Shown one piece after another: positions 61,378 to 64,000 of a stretch of DNA of 64,000 nucleotides (its first letter is position 1; each line of letters begins with the position of its first letter). A program made the position numbers and the translations under genes. The stretch lies in the NCBI RefSeq assembly GCF_963921235.1, contig NC_086097.1, positions 232,006,001 to 232,070,000 on the forward strand, given 5' to 3'. The stretch comes from Mobula hypostoma. Its lineage: Eukaryota. Below the pieces are notes generated by a model. The model worked only from the letters and a program-made list of their open reading frames with translations. It searched no databases and was not told where the DNA came from.

Positions 61378-61582
61378 GGGCAGCACAGAAGCATAACGGT
61401 TAGCGTAAAGCTATTGCAGAGCCAGTGACTCGGGTTCGATTTCCGCTGCTGTCTGCAAGGTGTTTGTATGTTCTCCAACGAGGTGCACGGGCTTGTAGAT
61501 TAATTAGTCCCATGGGAGTAACTGAGTGGCGTGGGCCCGTTGGAAGGGGCTGTTACTCTGCTGTATCCCTACATAAAATAAA
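61378..61582 (+). mobile_element. V-SINE-like tRNA-derived SINE (internally deleted)
   Basis: gggcagcac…ggttagcg…gggttcgatttc head, then gtctgcaaggtgtttgtatgttctcc. Confidence 0.7.
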
Positions 61583-62524
61583 ACAATCTGGAAAGTAATG
61601 TTAACATACTGAGGTGGAAAATAACTTTTGAAATTGGACGGCAAATGTCGCTCTACTTAGTAGTATCTTGGTCTCATTATATGAATTAACTGATGGGGCA
61701 ATGTAGATCACCAGTCTGAGTTTTGGCTGTTGATTAGGTAGCTACTGCAGCGGTTCATGATTTAGAATCATTTTAATTTGTCCCAAGAGGTGACTTGAGT
61801 GAAGTTCTATGAATCATGTTACTTAAAAATAGCTATGTTTTGTTTCGATTGTACTCTAGATAAATAGGAGTCTTCTTGGCCATCGTCACCTCAGCATCAT
61901 ACTCTTTTAACGGTAATCGCTTCACGTTAATGTCTATAGTAATATCATACCTCTTTAAATCCTGTTCAACTAGTTTTGAATTTTGTTTTTATTTGACAAA
62001 TATTTTACTTTCTCTTCCATGGGTGATGTTTCCTTGCTAATGACTTAATGAACTGTTAATCCTGAATAATTTCTTGTACAAACAGTGACATGGACTTGTA
62101 TCATCTGCCAAGCGGTATGTTTGCACTGGCAAGTGATTAGGAGATGGAATCCTTCAAAGTAAAATCACAGGGTGAAATAAAAGATTGCACCGACGTTCAC
62201 TACAGTGAGAATAACAATGCTTGAGAAGTCAAGAGCAATTTCTATTCATCTGAGCCTGCTTACTTAAATAGATTTTTCCCCATCACTCGCAGAACCACGC
62301 TGATGATGAATGTAGCTATTCAGTTTAACAATGATTAATGTGTCTTGGCTCATATTAGTAATGTTATGGTGATCCTTAAGGATATGAAAAGGATAACCAT
62401 TATGGTTTTGTTATTCTATGGAGTTGTAATAGCAGAAAAACAGTGCTTCTTCCAGCTGATTAAAAAAAAGGTTCAGTAAAATTCACATTATGTTCCAGTG
62501 AGGTAGCTCCAATTTGAAGGCATG

Positions 62525-63250
62525 AATATTGATTTCTCCTTCTGGTAAAAGAAAATTGTCCCTTCTCTTCCCCTTTTCTCCTATTCCCCACCTCTTCTCA
62601 ACTGCCTATCATCTCCCCATAGTGCCCCTCTTCCTTCCCTTGCCCCTGTGCTCCACCCTCCTCTCCTATCAGATTCCTTCCTCACCAGCTCAAAGTTTCC
62701 TCTAAGGTGTGTATGTGTACACATCTTTTATTTCAAGCACACAAAGGAATTTAAACTGTGAACAAAAGGTTATCGTCGTCTACCTCATTGACATGTTAAG
62801 TATATTTCACAATTGGACACAATCACATTTCCTTTTCCAGTTTCTGATACAGATGGTGTTGACAACATAGAGTTTGTGGTAATTTGTCTGCAGATTTTAG
62901 AAATGGCTTGTTGAAGAAATTATTCAGTGTGCACATGATGCAGTCACTGGGCAAAAAAATTGCACAGCACAAGATTTTTGCGCACACAGGTCATTACAGA
63001 TTAGCTGGAACATTGCTCCAGCCCCTTACTTTTCCCTGATCTCACCTATCACCTTCTAGCTATCTTTCTTCCCCCCCGCTGCCTTTTTATTCTGGCATCT
63101 TCCCCCTTCCTTTCCAGGCTTGAAGAAGGGTCTTGGCCCAAAATGTCAAATGTTTGTTCAGTTCCAGGATGCTGCCTGACCTGCTGAGTTCCTTCAGTAT
63201 TTTGTGTTTGTTGCTTTGGATCTCCAGCATCTGCAAAATCTCTTGTGAGT
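62525..63250 (+). mobile_element. Penelope-like 3' UTR interrupted by a hAT-type element
   Basis: GMNID remnant, C/T-rich UTR, decayed hammerhead at about 63115-63150 and the PLE end motif. Confidence 0.75.
62691..63015. mobile_element. Non-autonomous hAT-type element related to 57148-57521
   Basis: TIR-like caaagtttcctctaa / ttagctggaacattg, degenerate 8-bp TSD caccagct / ctccagcc, shared subterminal tgtgcaa/ttgcaca motifs. Confidence 0.65.
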
Positions 63251-63369
63251 AGGTTCAGTAAACAAATCTTTTACATCACACAAACTGAAAAGATTTCATG
63301 CATCAGCTAGAGAAATTACATCTATGTGATAAACCAAATTCTCACTGTAGACACCTGCTGTTGAGGCTC

Positions 63370-64000
63370 AGAGTCACAGAGTGTTACACTATGGAAACTT
63401 CGGTGATGGACAAATGGGACAAGTTTAGTTGGGAATCTTGGTTGGCATTGTCCTTCAGTCTGCCTGGACCATGTCAACCAAGGTTCCCATCTAAGCTAGT
63501 CCCATTTGCCTATGTTTGGCCCATATCCTCCTAAGCTTTTCCTATCCATGTATCCGTCCAAGTCCCCTTTAAAAGTTGTTAACGTATCGGCCTCAACTAT
63601 TTCTTCGGCAGCTCTTTCCGTGTATAGACCACCGGCTGGGTGAAAAAGTTGTCCCTCAAATTCCTATTAAATCTCTCCTTTCTCGACTTAAACCTATGCT
63701 CTCGAGTTCTTGATTTCCCAATCCTGGGAAAAAGGCTGTGAACAATGACCCTCATGAGTTTAAACAACTCAAACATCATTCCTCATGTTCCAGTGATAGA
63801 AATCCTAGTCTACTCAGCCACTCTCCACAACTCAGTCCCTTGAATCCCAGTGGCAACCTTGTAAATTTCTGCCTGCTCTCCAGCCTAGTGGCAATTTTCC
63901 TATAGCAGGGTGGCGATAACTGAAACTGGAACATAACATCTTAATTTCTATACTGATGACAGTCAGCATACCAAAAGCTTTCTTCACATGGACTTGTGCC
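63370..64000 (-). mobile_element. CR1 LINE 3' fragment (runs off the window)
   Basis: ORF 63597-63779 (LFPRIGKSRTREHRFK…NFFTQ). Confidence 0.8.

Overview
This is repeat-saturated vertebrate intronic or intergenic DNA. The repeat spectrum (V-SINE/HE1-like SINEs, CR1, Rex1/Babar-type, RTE, L1, Penelope-like elements, Tc1 and hAT remnants) points to a cartilaginous fish, probably a ray or skate; this is inferred from the repeats only. I found no intact host protein-coding gene, rRNA, tRNA or CRISPR array. Every recognisable protein ORF is a decayed retrotransposon or transposase fragment, and only two weak candidate host exons remain (7676-7720 and 43418-43543). The most interesting signals are at the RNA level. 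(1) A complete HDV-like self-cleaving ribozyme fold (13977-14159) with an unusual hairpin inserted in loop L3 sits at the 5' end of a non-coding, TSD-flanked 563-bp retroelement, and a second, degenerate candidate lies at 15756-15893 (-). (2) Penelope-like elements carry minimal hammerhead ribozymes, and several tiny inserts begin inside the ribozyme core. (3) A covarying structured RTE-type leader occurs in three copies. Other points are an internally deleted L1 with a perfect 16-bp TSD, a 27-nt templated insertion between nested CR1s, a perfect 38-bp inverted duplication, a minisatellite with a 189-bp higher-order repeat, and a four-element nested insertion cluster. Boundaries of old repeats are approximate, and family names come from motif recognition rather than database searches.
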